A stretch of 39,923 nt of DNA from the IMG/VR virus record IMGVR_UViG_3300032329_000867, positions 1 to 39,923 of that record; one strand, written 5' to 3'. Each line of letters opens with the position of its first letter. Position 1 is the stretch's first letter. The notes beneath the pieces are model-generated. The model was not told where the DNA came from. It did no database searches and saw nothing but the letters and a program-made list of their open reading frames with translations. The position numbers were made by a program, and so were the translations under genes. Shown here in pieces: positions 26,918-36,607 of this stretch. The stretch comes from a virus. Its lineage: Duplodnaviria > Caudoviricetes.

Positions 26918-29900
26918 TTATTTTTTAAGTTTTTCGATTTCAGCTTGCAGTTCTGTAACTTTAGCACGTAATTCTTCAACAATCTTTGCTAGTTCAACAG
27001 CAGAAACCATAGCAGCAGCGCCATAGTTTATGGATAAAGTTCCTTCTTCATTTTCTACCACTGTTTCCGATAAAACTTCTTGTAAGGATTGCGCTGAAAC
27101 ACCCGCTTGAGTTGCCTCAATATCTGTTCTATCGTAAATTCCAGATTTAACTTTTGCCAATTTACTTACAAAGTTTTCTTGGACAGATCTCCAGTTTTTC
27201 TTTACTCGTTCATCCGAATAGGCAGTGATGTTATTAGATGCAGTTATTGCTCCGCTACTAGCAAGAGTTATAACTGCTGACCCAGTCCTATTTCCACTAT
27301 AAATTTGAACGCCTGAGCTAAATCGCATAGCGCAATATCCAGTGTTCGGGTCAACAATATCACCGTCATCAGCAAGGATAATACCATTATTAGAAACATT
27401 TCCCGAACTAACTGTTATAGACCCTGTAAATGTTCCTGTACTTGCGCTTACTGTTCCGCCTGATTGGTTTGTAGCAGTAGTAGCTGTTCCAGCATTACCA
27501 GTAATAGAACCAGTGATGGTATTATTAAAAGTATTGGTATTAGTCCAAGTATTTGCAGTTCCTAATATTGATGAACCAGGTGTTCCACTGTAGCCAGAGA
27601 AACCAGAAGTACCAGTACCGCCGGTGCCACCTGTTGCGCCGCTGTAACCAGAGATACCAGAGAAACCAGATGTACCATTTGAACCGTTAGTTCCTGAGTA
27701 ACCAGAAATACCAGAGTAACCGCTAGTTCCAATACCACTGAAACCAGAGAAACCGCTAGTACCAATACCGCTGTAACCAGAAGTACCGCTGTAACCAGAT
27801 AAACCAGATCCGCTGTAACCGGAGAAGCCTGAGAAGCCACTTAAACCAGAGCCAGAGTAACCAGAGATACCAGAGAAGCCGCTAGTACCAATACCGCTGT
27901 AACCAGAAGTACCGCTGTAACCAGATAAACCCAGACCTGAGTAACCTGAAGTACCAGAGAATCCGGATACACCAGAACCACTGTAACCAGAGTAACCAGA
28001 TACACCAGAGCCGCTGTAACCAGATAGACCGCTGTAACCAGAAGTACCTGATGCGACAGCCACGACAGCATAAGCAACTGTTTCTACGATGTCGCCGGCG
28101 CTTGCTGCACTTGTTAATACAACAGTAGTGCCATTGGTAGCTGTGTAATCAGTGGCATTAAGCAATACGCCGTTTAGGTAAACTTGAACGTAACCAACTG
28201 TGTAGGTGACGTTAAATGTTGTCTGACCACCAGTAGCAGTGAAGCTTGTTCTTACATAGGTTGCTAAAGCTGGGCTGCCTGAGTAACCAGAGATACCAGA
28301 TGCGCCAGAGAAGCCGGAGATACCAGAGCCACTGTAACCAGAGATGCCTGAGGCGCCTGAGAAACCAGAGATACCAGAAGCTCCGTTGGTTCCGCTGTAA
28401 CCAGAGATACCAGAGTATCCAGAAATACCAGAGAATCCGCTGGTACCGATACCACTGTAACCAGAGTAACCAGAGTATCCGGAATCACCAGAACCACTAT
28501 AGCCTGAGTAACCAGAGAAACCAGATACGCCAGATCCGCTGTAGCCAGAGAAACCTGAGATGCCAGAGCCACTGTAACCAGAGATGCCAGAGATACCAGA
28601 AAAGCCGGAAATGCCTGAGGCGCCGGAGAATCCAGAGATACCAGATGCGCCGCTAGTTCCACTGTAGCCAGAAATACCAGATGCGCCGGAGAAGCCTGAA
28701 ATACCAGATGCACCAGAGAATCCAGAGATGCCAGACGCGCCAGAGAATCCAGAGATACCGCTGTCGCCAGAGAAACCTGAAATACCGCTGTCGCCAGAGA
28801 AGCCTGATGTACCTGAGAAGCCTGAGATACCCGATGCACCACTGAAACCGCTAGTTCCGTTTACACCACTGTAACCGCTGTAACCAGAGAAGCCTGATGT
28901 GCCAATACCGGAGTATCCAGAAGCACCAGAGAAGCCTGAGATACCTGATCCGCTGTAACCAGAATAGCCAGAGAAGCCGGAGATACCAGAACCGCTGTAA
29001 CCAGAGAAACCAGATACGCCAGAGCCGCTGTAACCAGAGAAACCAGAGATGCCAGAGTCGCCAGAGAAGCCTGAGATACCAGATGTACCAGAGAATCCAG
29101 AAATGCCAGACGCGCCGGAGAATCCAGAGATGCCAGACGCGCCGGAGAATCCGGAGATGCCAGAGAATCCTGAGATACCAGAGTCACCAGAAAAACCAGA
29201 ATCACCAGAGAATCCAGAGATGCCAGAGTCACCGGAGAAGCCAGAGGTACCTGAGTCACCAGAGAATCCAGAGATACCAGATGCGCCAGAGTAGCCAGAG
29301 TAACCAGAGATACCAGAGCCGCTGTAACCAGAAATACCTGAGTATCCAGAAATACCAGAGCCGCTGTAACCAGAGTAACCAGAGAAGCCAGAAACACCAG
29401 AGCCACTGTAACCAGAGAAGCCTGACAAGCCAGAACCACTGTAACCAGATAAACCTGAGATACCAGAGAAACCAGATACACCGGAACCGCTGTAACCTGA
29501 ATAACCGGAGAAGCCTGAAGTTCCGTTAGCACCGCTATAACCAGAGATACCAGAGAAGCCTGAAGCACCGCTGTAACCCGATTGGGTGTACATTACCTGA
29601 GTTGCAGTAAAAATTACTGATGGTGTTTCTGGATAAGTTCCATTGCCAGCAATAGTTTCTAAATAAACAGAAGTGTTTGCTGTATCCCAATAAAGCTCTA
29701 CATAATCATTTGCATTAACATTAAATGCAAAATTAACAGTTAATACATTGGATGAATAAGCGCTACCTTGTTTGTCTGGCACATCATAATGAGTATTACT
29801 ATCTGGAATATTTGTGCCATTTTTCTTTAGCCAAACTTGAGTGCTTCCTAATGCTGTGCTGTGATTTGTAAATTGTAAAGAAAAGGTTAAGCTATAAGTT

Positions 29901-32900
29901 CCAGCATTGGCAAAAGTTACTCTTGACCCGCTAACAACCGATACTCCAGTATTATTTGGATCAGCAGTATTTAAAGTAATTACTGTTGGTGTATTTGCAG
30001 TTGTTGTTTGAGTTGTAGTATCCCAGAACGAACCCCAGTTACCGATTGTACCGCCAGCACCCGCTGCACCGCTGTAGCCAGAGTATCCTGAATAACCAGA
30101 CACACCTTGAACAACAGCCAGAATCAACGTTTCATTATTACTAAAGTTAGTTGTGCCTTGACCATTAGACGATACTAATGTTACTGGGTAAGTCCAGTAG
30201 CTATTAGACGCACCAGGGTTGGTGTTAGTTGGAGTACCAGAAACTTGCCAAACTTGGTAGTCTGCACTTGAAGTTTGAGCTTGGATGGTAAATTGTTGGC
30301 CTTGTTTTAAGGAAGCCAAGAAAATATCAACGTCTAAGCTAGTATCAGTGAGGTGGCTAACATTAATGGATGTTGCGCTAGTTTGTGTAGCATTATTCCA
30401 TAACAAGTGACCGTCGGTTGGGTAACCTGTTCTGATTGATGTGTTTGCTTGGTATTGAAAGAAGTTAGCTGAGTTACCTGGAGTACCGCTGTAACCAGAC
30501 TGACCGCTGTAACCAGAGAAACCAGATACACCAGATCCGCTGTAACCAGAAATGCCAGAACCGCTATAGCCAGAGAAGCCAGATAAACCAGAGCCACTGT
30601 AACCACTGTAACCCGATTCACCTGAGAAGCCAGATACGCCAGATCCGCTGTAACCAGAGAAGCCAGAGAAACCGGAAACACCAGAACCGCTATAACCAGA
30701 GAAACCTGATAGACCAGAGCCGCTGTAACCAGAGAAGCCAGAAATGCCAGAGTCCCCTGAGAAGCCAGAAATACCAGAGTCACCAGAGAAGCCAGAAATG
30801 CCGGAGTCACCTGAGAAACCAGAGATACCAGACGCGCCAGATGTGCCGCTGTAACCAGAGAAGCCTGAGTCGCCTTGTGGGCCTACGATTGGACCAGCAT
30901 TAAACCATGATGTGCCGTTCCATACATACAAGTCACCGTTAGATGAAACAATATATGCATCGTTAACTTGGTTACCAATTAATGGCAAATCTGCTGGAGT
31001 TGCAACAGTGCCTTTGAGGTTGATTGAAGTACCTTGAGCACCACTGTAACCAGAGAAGCCTGAGAAGCCAGATGTACCATCAATACCGCTGTAACCAGAG
31101 AAGCCAGATGTGCCATCGATACCACTGTAACCAGAGAAGCCAGAGTCACCATTGATACCGCTGTAACCAGAGAAGCCTGAGATACCAGATCCGCTGTAAC
31201 CAGAGAAACCTGAGAAGCCTGAAGTACCGATACCGGAGAAGCCAGAGAAACCGGACAAACCAGAGCCGCTGTAACCAGAGAAGCCAGAGTCACCGCTGTA
31301 ACCAGAGTCACCGTTTTGGCCAGAGAAGCCTGAGTCACCAGAGAAGCCTGAGTCACCACTGTAACCAGAGAATCCAGATTCGCCAGAGAAGCCAGAAATA
31401 CCAGATGCGCCGCTGTAACCAGAGAAGCCTGATGTCCCGCCTATGCCGCTATAACCAGAGAAGCCTGATAAGCCCGATACGCCAGAGAAGCCAGAAATAC
31501 CAGAGTCGCCAGAGAAGCCAGAAATGCCAGAATCACCGGAGAAGCCGGAGATACCGCTGTCACCAGAAATACCAGAGAAGCCTGAGTCACCTGAAACACC
31601 GGAGAAGCCAGAAATACCAGAATCACCAGAGAAGCCAGAGATACCAGATCCACTATAACCAGAAAAGCCTGAGAAGCCAGAGGTGCCAATGCCAGAGTAA
31701 CCTGAGAAGCCAGATAGGCCGCTGCCAGAGTAACCAGAGAAGCCACTATAGCCGCTTACACCGCTTCCGCTGTAACCAGAGAAGCCAGAGTCGCCAGAGA
31801 AGCCTGAGATGCCAGAGTCGCCGGAGAAGCCTGAAATACCAGAGCCGCTGTAACCAGAAATACCGCTGTCGCCTGAGAAACCAGAGATACCAGAGTCGCC
31901 TGAGAAGCCGGAAATACCAGAGTCGCCTGAGAAACCAGAAATACCAGAGTCACCGCTGTAGCCAGAGAAGCCAGAGTCGCCACTGTAACCTGAGAAGCCT
32001 GAATCACCAGAGAAACCAGAAATACCAGAGTCGCCAGAGAAACCAGAAACACCAGAGCCGCTGTAACCAGAATAGCCAGAGAAGCCTGATGTACCAATAC
32101 CGGAATAACCAGAGAAGCCTGAGATACCAGAACCACTATAACCTGATTCACCAGAGAAACCGGAAATACCAGAACCGCTGTAACCAGAGAAGCCAGAGAA
32201 ACCGCTTAGGCCAGAGCCACTATAACCTGAGTCTCCGCTGTAACCAGAAATACCAGAGCCGCTGTAACCAGATTCACCTGAGAAGCCAGATAAACCGGAA
32301 GCACCTGAGATACCGGAGAAACCGCTGTAACCAGAGATACCACTGTAGCCAGAGAAGCCGGAGATACCAGAGTCACCAGAGAAGCCAGAGATACCAGAGT
32401 CACCAGAGAAGCCTGAGATACCGCTGTCGCCTGAGAAACCGGAAATACCGCTGTCGCCCGAGAAGCCAGAAATACCGCTGTCACCTGAGAAGCCGCTGTA
32501 ACCAGATACACCGGATCCACTGTAGCCAGAGAAACCGGAGAAACCACTGGTACCAATACCAGAGTAACCAGAGAAACCAGACAAACCACTTCCAGAATAG
32601 CCTGAGAAGCCACTATAACCGCTGTCACCGCTTCCGCTGTAACCGGAGGTACCTGAATAGCCAGAAATACCAGAATCGCCTGAGAGGCCGCTATCGCCGC
32701 TGTAACCAGAGAAGCCGGAAATGCCAGAATCGCCAGAAAAGCCTGAAAGTCCAGAGTCGCCAGAGAAACCAGAAATACCAGAGTCGCCACTGTAACCAGA
32801 GAAGCCTGAAATACCGCTGTCGCCGGAGAAGCCAGAGTCGCCACTGTAACCAGAGAAGCCAGAAGTGCCAGAGAAGCCAGAAATACCAGAATCGCCGGAG

Positions 32901-35900
32901 AAGCCAGAGATGCCTGAGCCACTATAACCGGATTTACCAGAGAAGCCGGAAATGCCAGAGCCAGAGAAGCCAGAGAAGCCTGAAATGCCAGAGCCACTGT
33001 AACCAGATTCACCACTGTAACCGGAAATACCAGAGCCACTGTAGCCAGAGAAGCCAGAGAATCCAGAAAGGCCAGAGCCGCTATAACCTGAAGTACCGCT
33101 GTAACCAGAAATACCAGATCCGCTGTAACCAGAGATGCCTGAAAATCCACTTAAGCCCGAGAAGCCTGAAGTGCCAGATTCACCTGAGAAGCCTGAAGTG
33201 CCAGATTCACCAGAGAAGCCAGAAATACCGCTGTCGCCAGAAAAGCCAGAAATACCGGAGTCACCAGAGAAACCAGAAATACCAGAGTCGCCAGAGAAGC
33301 CAGAAATGCCGGAATCACCGCTGTAACCTGAGAAACCTGAGATGCCAGAGCCACTGTAACCAGAGATACCAGATCCGCTGTAACCAGAGAAACCAGAAAA
33401 GCCGGATGTTCCAACACCGGAGAAACCCGAGAATCCAGATAAGCCGCTTCCAGAATAACCAGAAATACCGCTGTCGCCAGAGAAGCCAGAAATACCGCTG
33501 TCGCCTGAGAAGCCAGAGATACCGCTGTCGCCTGAGAATCCAGAAATGCCGCTGTCGCCTGAGAAGCCGGAGTCACCAGAGAAGCCGGAGATACCGCTGT
33601 CGCCTGAGAAGCCAGAGATGCCAGAGTCACCAGAGAAGCCAGAGATACCGCTGTCGCCTGAGAAGCCAGAAATACCGCTATCGCCTGAGAAACCAGAAAT
33701 GCCGCTGTAGCCTGAGAAACCAGAAATACCGCTGTAGCCTGAGAAACCAGAAATGTTGCCAATTAAATACCAAGTTTGAATACCGGCAGCATATTGCCAA
33801 ATAGTATTGTTGGTGGTTTGTAAATAGAAATCGCCGTCTTGGATGCCGGGAATGGTAGATAACGGATCTGCTGGACCTTGGAACCATTCAGTACCTCTGA
33901 TACCAGAAAAACCAGAATCACCGCTGTAACCAGAGATACCAGAATCACCGCTGTAGCCAGAAATACCTGAGTCACCGCTGTAGCCAGAAATACCTGAATC
34001 ACCAGAGAAACCAGAGATACCGCTGTCGCCGGAGAAACCAGAGATACCGCTGTCGCCAGAAAAGCCAGATTCACCAGAGAAACCAGAAATACCGCTGTCG
34101 CCAGAGAAGCCAGAGATACCAGAGTCGCCGCTAAATCCAGATTCACCAGAGAAGCCAGAGATACCAGAGTCGCCTGAGAAGCCAGAGATACCGCTATCGC
34201 CTGAGAAGCCAGAGATACCAGATTCACCAGAGAAGCCAGAGATACCGCTGTCGCCAGAGAAGCCAGAGATACCGGAATCGCCTGAGAAGCCAGAGATGCC
34301 GCTGTCACCAGAGAAGCCAGAGATACCGCTGTCACCAGAAAAGCCAGAGATACCAGAGTCGCCGCTAAATCCAGATTCACCAGAGAAGCCAGAAATACCG
34401 CTGTCGCCAGAGAAGCCAGAGATACCGCTGTCGCCTGAGAAGCCAGAGTCACCAGAGAAGCCAGAGATACCACTGTCGCCTGAGAAGCCAGAGATACCAG
34501 AGTCGCCTGAGAAACCGGAAATACCGCTGTCGCCAGAGAAGCCAGAAATGCCAGAGTCGCCACTGTAACCAGAAATGCCGCTGTCGCCAGAGAAACCAGA
34601 AATACCGGAATCACCGCTATAACCAGAGAAGCCCGAGTCACCAGAGATACCTGATCCGCTGTAACCAGAAATACCTGAATCACCGCTATAACCAGAAAAG
34701 CCAGAGTCACCAGAAAAACCAGAAATGCCGCTGTCGCCGCTAAATCCAGAAATACCACTGTCGCCTGAGAAACCAGAATCACCAGAGAAACCAGAATCGC
34801 CGGAGAAACCAGAGATACCGGAATCGCCGCTGTAACCTGAGATACCAGAGTCGCCTGAGAAACCGGAAAGGCCAGAGTCACCAGAGAAACCAGAGATACC
34901 AGAATCGCCAGAGAAACCTGAGAGGCCAGAGTCGCCAGAAAAACCAGAAATGCCGCTGTCGCCTGAGAAGCCAGAAATACCGCTGTCGCCTGAAGCGCCG
35001 GATTCACCTGAGAATCCAGAAATGCCGCTGTCGCCCGAGAAGCCTGAAAGGCCTGAGTCACCAGAGAAACCTGAAACGCCGCTAAATCCTGATGCGCCTT
35101 TTTCGCCGGTTAGTTGGGTAGTCCAAGAACCGGAAGTGATGTAAACAGGTGTGCCGCCGTCACCAAGTATGTCAGCGGAAAGAGGAAAGCCAGATCCAAT
35201 ATCAATTCCGATAGCAGTAATTCGGCCATAGTAGTAATAATTAGATCCGGCTGATCCGTCTACTAAAAGAATAAAGTTACCAATTGCAAACGCACCAAAA
35301 CCTGGAGGAGTTGCAATAGTCCAAGTTACGTTTGTACCAATTAATGAACCATCTGTTGGCCAAACATCACCACCATATAGCGGAATAAATCCTTGTCCGC
35401 TGTAACCAGATTGTCCGCTGTAACCAGAAGCACCAGATTCGCCAGAGAAACCAGATGTGCCAGATTCGCCGCTAAAACCAGAAATGCCACTGTCGCCGGA
35501 GAAACCAGAGATGCCAGAATCACCGCTGTAACCAGATGCGCCAGATTCGCCGCTAAAACCAGAAATGCCGCTGTCGCCGGAGAAACCGGAGATGCCAGAA
35601 TCACCGCTGTAGCCTGAAAGGCCAGAGTCACCACTGTAACCAGAAAGGCCAGAGTCGCCTGAGAAACCTGAAACACCGGATTCTCCGCTGTAACCGGAGA
35701 AACCTGAAATTGATTCACCACTAAAACCAGAATAACCAGAATCGCCTTGTGGTCCTACGATTGGGCCAACGTTATCCCATTGTGTTCCTGTCCAAACGTA
35801 CAGATCGCCGTTTGACAAAACAATGTAACCATCACCGGGAGTATTGCCGGTTGGTGGCAGGTCTGCCGGAGTAGCAACAGAACCTTTGATAACAATACTT

Positions 35901-36604
35901 GTACCTTGCTGACCGCTTTCGCCTGAGAAACCAGAATAACCAGAAAAACCTGAAGAACCATCATTACCGCTGTAACCAGAAAGACCAGAATTACCACTGT
36001 AACCTGAAAAACCTGAAGATCCTGTGCCGCTGTAACCACTAAAACCAGAGATACCACTGCCGCTAAAACCAGATTGACCAATAGAACCGGATTGACCACT
36101 AAAACCAGATTGACCGCTAAAACCAGATTGACCACTAAAACCAGAAGTGCCTATGCCGCTGTAGCCGCTGTAACCAGAGATGCCGCTACCGCTGTAACCA
36201 GAGATACCGCTACCGCTGTAACCAGACTGACCACTAAAACCAGATTGACCGCTGTAACCAGAAATACCGCTATAACCAGATTGACCATCGTTACCAGTAA
36301 CTTTACCAGCATCAAGCAAATTACCGTTTGTTTCAACAAAAATTAAATGGCCGTTGCCATCAATATATGCATCTGTAAATCCGGGGATTGGGCCGATTGT
36401 TGAATTTGAACCGTCGCTATAATAAAAAATAATATAATAGTCAGGCGTCATTGCAACGCTGGTAATTAATTTACCAGGCGAGACGGCATTAGCGATCTGA
36501 GAAACAGATACTTGTTTGGTGATACCACTTTGTACTACTACCGTTATTTCATTACCGGTAAGGTTTGTAGCAACGGGTAGTTGTGTTATTGATCTATCGG
36601 CCAT
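26918..36604 (-). CDS. Giant Gly-X-Ser repeat fibre protein (3228 aa) with interspersed globular domains and a C-terminal peptidase S74 chaperone
   Basis: N-terminal ITQLPVAT...VVVQSGITKQ virion-attachment motif, long SG(F/Y/I/D) triplet arrays, YSDERVKKN...AGVSAQ...INYG and a terminal coiled coil. Confidence 0.85.
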   Translation of the reverse strand: MADRSITQLPVATNLTGNEITVVVQSGITKQVSVSQIANAVSPGKLITSVAMTPDYYIIFYYSDGSNSTIGPIPGFTDAYIDGNGHLIFVETNGNLLDAGKVTGNDGQSGYSGISGYSGQSGFSGQSGYSGSGISGYSGSGISGYSGYSGIGTSGFSGQSGFSGQSGFSGQSGSIGQSGFSGSGISGFSGYSGTGSSGFSGYSGNSGLSGYSGNDGSSGFSGYSGFSGESGQQGTSIVIKGSVATPADLPPTGNTPGDGYIVLSNGDLYVWTGTQWDNVGPIVGPQGDSGYSGFSGESISGFSGYSGESGVSGFSGDSGLSGYSGDSGLSGYSGDSGISGFSGDSGISGFSGESGASGYSGDSGISGFSGDSGISGFSGESGTSGFSGESGASGYSGQSGYSGQGFIPLYGGDVWPTDGSLIGTNVTWTIATPPGFGAFAIGNFILLVDGSAGSNYYYYGRITAIGIDIGSGFPLSADILGDGGTPVYITSGSWTTQLTGEKGASGFSGVSGFSGDSGLSGFSGDSGISGFSGESGASGDSGISGFSGDSGISGFSGDSGLSGFSGDSGISGFSGDSGLSGFSGDSGISGYSGDSGISGFSGDSGFSGDSGFSGDSGISGFSGDSGISGFSGDSGFSGYSGDSGISGYSGSGISGDSGFSGYSGDSGISGFSGDSGISGYSGDSGISGFSGDSGISGFSGDSGISGFSGDSGISGFSGDSGFSGDSGISGFSGDSGISGFSGESGFSGDSGISGFSGDSGISGFSGDSGISGFSGDSGISGFSGDSGISGFSGESGISGFSGDSGISGFSGDSGISGFSGESGFSGDSGISGFSGDSGISGFSGESGFSGDSGISGFSGDSGISGFSGDSGISGYSGDSGISGYSGDSGISGYSGDSGFSGIRGTEWFQGPADPLSTIPGIQDGDFYLQTTNNTIWQYAAGIQTWYLIGNISGFSGYSGISGFSGYSGISGFSGDSGISGFSGDSGISGFSGDSGISGFSGDSGISGFSGDSGFSGDSGISGFSGDSGISGFSGDSGISGFSGDSGISGYSGSGLSGFSGFSGVGTSGFSGFSGYSGSGISGYSGSGISGFSGYSGDSGISGFSGDSGISGFSGDSGISGFSGDSGISGFSGESGTSGFSGESGTSGFSGLSGFSGISGYSGSGISGYSGTSGYSGSGLSGFSGFSGYSGSGISGYSGESGYSGSGISGFSGFSGSGISGFSGKSGYSGSGISGFSGDSGISGFSGTSGFSGYSGDSGFSGDSGISGFSGYSGDSGISGFSGDSGLSGFSGDSGISGFSGYSGDSGLSGDSGISGYSGTSGYSGSGDSGYSGFSGYSGSGLSGFSGYSGIGTSGFSGFSGYSGSGVSGYSGFSGDSGISGFSGDSGISGFSGDSGISGFSGDSGISGFSGDSGISGFSGYSGISGYSGFSGISGASGLSGFSGESGYSGSGISGYSGDSGYSGSGLSGFSGFSGYSGSGISGFSGESGYSGSGISGFSGYSGIGTSGFSGYSGYSGSGVSGFSGDSGISGFSGDSGFSGYSGDSGFSGYSGDSGISGFSGDSGISGFSGDSGISGFSGDSGISGYSGSGISGFSGDSGISGFSGDSGFSGYSGSGVSGYSGFSGYSGSGLSGFSGYSGIGTSGFSGFSGYSGSGISGFSGDSGISGFSGVSGDSGFSGISGDSGISGFSGDSGISGFSGDSGISGFSGVSGLSGFSGYSGIGGTSGFSGYSGASGISGFSGESGFSGYSGDSGFSGDSGFSGQNGDSGYSGDSGFSGYSGSGLSGFSGFSGIGTSGFSGFSGYSGSGISGFSGYSGINGDSGFSGYSGIDGTSGFSGYSGIDGTSGFSGFSGYSGAQGTSINLKGTVATPADLPLIGNQVNDAYIVSSNGDLYVWNGTSWFNAGPIVGPQGDSGFSGYSGTSGASGISGFSGDSGISGFSGDSGISGFSGDSGISGFSGYSGSGLSGFSGYSGSGVSGFSGFSGYSGSGVSGFSGESGYSGYSGSGLSGFSGYSGSGISGYSGSGVSGFSGYSGQSGYSGTPGNSANFFQYQANTSIRTGYPTDGHLLWNNATQTSATSINVSHLTDTSLDVDIFLASLKQGQQFTIQAQTSSADYQVWQVSGTPTNTNPGASNSYWTYPVTLVSSNGQGTTNFSNNETLILAVVQGVSGYSGYSGYSGAAGAGGTIGNWGSFWDTTTQTTTANTPTVITLNTADPNNTGVSVVSGSRVTFANAGTYSLTFSLQFTNHSTALGSTQVWLKKNGTNIPDSNTHYDVPDKQGSAYSSNVLTVNFAFNVNANDYVELYWDTANTSVYLETIAGNGTYPETPSVIFTATQVMYTQSGYSGASGFSGISGYSGANGTSGFSGYSGYSGSGVSGFSGISGLSGYSGSGLSGFSGYSGSGVSGFSGYSGYSGSGISGYSGISGYSGSGISGYSGYSGASGISGFSGDSGTSGFSGDSGISGFSGDSGFSGDSGISGFSGISGFSGASGISGFSGASGISGFSGTSGISGFSGDSGISGFSGYSGSGVSGFSGYSGSGISGFSGYSGYSGSGISGFSGASGYSGIGTSGFSGYSGYSGVNGTSGFSGASGISGFSGTSGFSGDSGISGFSGDSGISGFSGASGISGFSGASGISGFSGASGISGYSGTSGASGISGFSGASGISGFSGISGISGYSGSGISGFSGYSGSGVSGFSGYSGYSGSGDSGYSGYSGYSGIGTSGFSGISGYSGISGYSGTNGASGISGFSGASGISGYSGSGISGFSGASGISGYSGSPALATYVRTSFTATGGQTTFNVTYTVGYVQVYLNGVLLNATDYTATNGTTVVLTSAASAGDIVETVAYAVVAVASGTSGYSGLSGYSGSGVSGYSGYSGSGVSGFSGTSGYSGLGLSGYSGTSGYSGIGTSGFSGISGYSGSGLSGFSGFSGYSGSGLSGYSGTSGYSGIGTSGFSGFSGIGTSGYSGISGYSGTNGSNGTSGFSGISGYSGATGGTGGTGTSGFSGYSGTPGSSILGTANTWTNTNTFNNTITGSITGNAGTATTATNQSGGTVSASTGTFTGSITVSSGNVSNNGIILADDGDIVDPNTGYCAMRFSSGVQIYSGNRTGSAVITLASSGAITASNNITAYSDERVKKNWRSVQENFVSKLAKVKSGIYDRTDIEATQAGVSAQSLQEVLSETVVENEEGTLSINYGAAAMVSAVELAKIVEELRAKVTELQAEIEKLKK
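27575..36290 (-). repeat. Degenerate 9-nt-period coding repeat arrays (Ser-Gly-X codons)
   Basis: Hundreds of units such as ccagagaag, ccagagata and ccgctgtaa on the + strand, broken by unique domains. Related arrays lie at about 22190-22925 and 23940-24075. Confidence 0.95.
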
Positions 36605-36607
36605 ATT

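Noticed and set aside
27575-36290. CRISPR array or satellite repeat
   Set aside because: There is no constant repeat with unique spacers, and variation is synonymous within one open frame.
28246-36346. Long alternative-frame and antisense ORFs inside the giant gene (for example 31405-33804 + and 33763-35061 -)
   Set aside because: They are shadows of the 9-nt coding repeat, which lacks stops in other frames. They are low-complexity and have no evident RBS.
26918-36604. Ice-nucleation protein
   Set aside because: It lacks the AGYGSTxT 8/16-residue periodicity. The period is 3 and the termini are phage-fibre type.
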